Assembly: GCA_934546685.1 (NCBI GenBank) | Contig: CAKTEB010000001.1 | Span: forward strand, 22,372 to 86,371 | Length of the DNA stretch: 64,000 nt | From: an uncultured Oscillospiraceae bacterium | GTDB taxonomy: Bacteria > Bacillota > Clostridia > Oscillospirales > Oscillospiraceae | Reading direction: 5' to 3' | Shown here: positions 63,970-64,000 of the stretch, in pieces | Numbering within the stretch: position 1 is the stretch's first letter | Layout of the letters: every line of letters begins with the position of its first letter | Position numbers and translations under genes: made by a program | Notes under the pieces: generated by a model | What the model saw: only the letters and a program-made list of their open reading frames with translations | Told to the model about the DNA's origin: nothing | Databases searched by the model: none

Positions 63970-64000
63970 TCAGCCCAGTACCATGCGGGCAATGTCCACG
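63970..64000 (-). CDS. 3' end of an upstream gene running off the window (partial)
   Basis: On the minus strand the frame reads ..VDIARMVLG then TGA at 63972-63970, 17 nt before the next start codon. Too short to identify. Confidence 0.3.
   Translation of the reverse strand, partial: VDIARMVLG

Noticed and set aside
1-64000. Mobile element, prophage, integron, defence island (RM, CBASS, retron, TA, Abi) or CRISPR-Cas content
   Set aside because: I recognised no integrase, transposase, recombinase, reverse transcriptase, Cas, phage structural, nuclease-helicase or toxin-antitoxin signatures in any of the supported ORFs. I also found no tRNA genes and no flanking long direct or inverted repeats. 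Without a search tool, small or highly divergent systems could be missed.

Overview
This is a 64-kb, visibly GC-rich (about 60% by eye, not computed), densely coding chromosomal segment. The gene content points to a high-GC Clostridia (Oscillospiraceae/Ruminococcaceae-like) gut anaerobe: SLH-anchored exoproteins, a membrane pyrophosphatase, a short-form Pta, many lipobox lipoproteins and Shine-Dalgarno AGGAGG sites. That assignment is an inference only. I support about 54 intact CDS, 2 head-to-head truncated gene remnants and 1 partial CDS at the right edge. I recognised no rRNA, tRNA, CRISPR array, transposase, integrase, phage or canonical defence genes. By content this is a housekeeping-plus-accessory transport and redox region, not a mobile island.

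Main gene content:
- Three divergent paralogues of a ~680-700 aa OYE-like FMN / Cys4 / FAD ene-reductase (120-2123, 39414-41528, 58295-60349).
- A BMP-type nucleoside ABC importer operon (22815-27895).
- A LIV-type ABC importer operon with a divergent LysR regulator (47258-53064).
- A marR / heterodimeric ABC exporter / SDR operon (29021-34199).
- Two MATE pumps.
- A K+-dependent-type membrane pyrophosphatase.
- deoB, galE, pta, mtaB, tcdA, a trmH-family gene, azlCD and a fused homocysteine-methyltransferase/MTHFR gene.

The observations most worth a second look, all of moderate interest and none proven novel:
1. A tightly coupled four-gene operon (4184-8249) joins a permease/ATPase/permease trio of ABC-2 (exporter-like) type to a 535-aa family-1 solute-binding-type lipoprotein. 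Two further 'orphan' paralogues of that lipoprotein lie elsewhere in the window.
2. The ene-reductase expansion shows divergent motif blocks and Met/Pro/Gly-rich insertions.
3. At about 57.74 kb a solute-binding-protein gene and an AraC-type gene are both cut off at their 5' ends and abut head-to-head.
4. An ABC exporter subunit carries a ~90-aa GGFPG/Lys/Pro-rich tail encoded by a 15-bp tandem DNA repeat.
5. A VanY / binding protein / SLH-anchored M14 carboxypeptidase cluster may act on peptidoglycan peptides.
6. Cleanly readable promoter/operator architectures exist for an XRE-DUF3169 pair and for the marR operon.

All functional calls rest on motifs read from the translated ORFs. No database search was run. 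I cannot claim that a previously undescribed system is present, only the candidates above.
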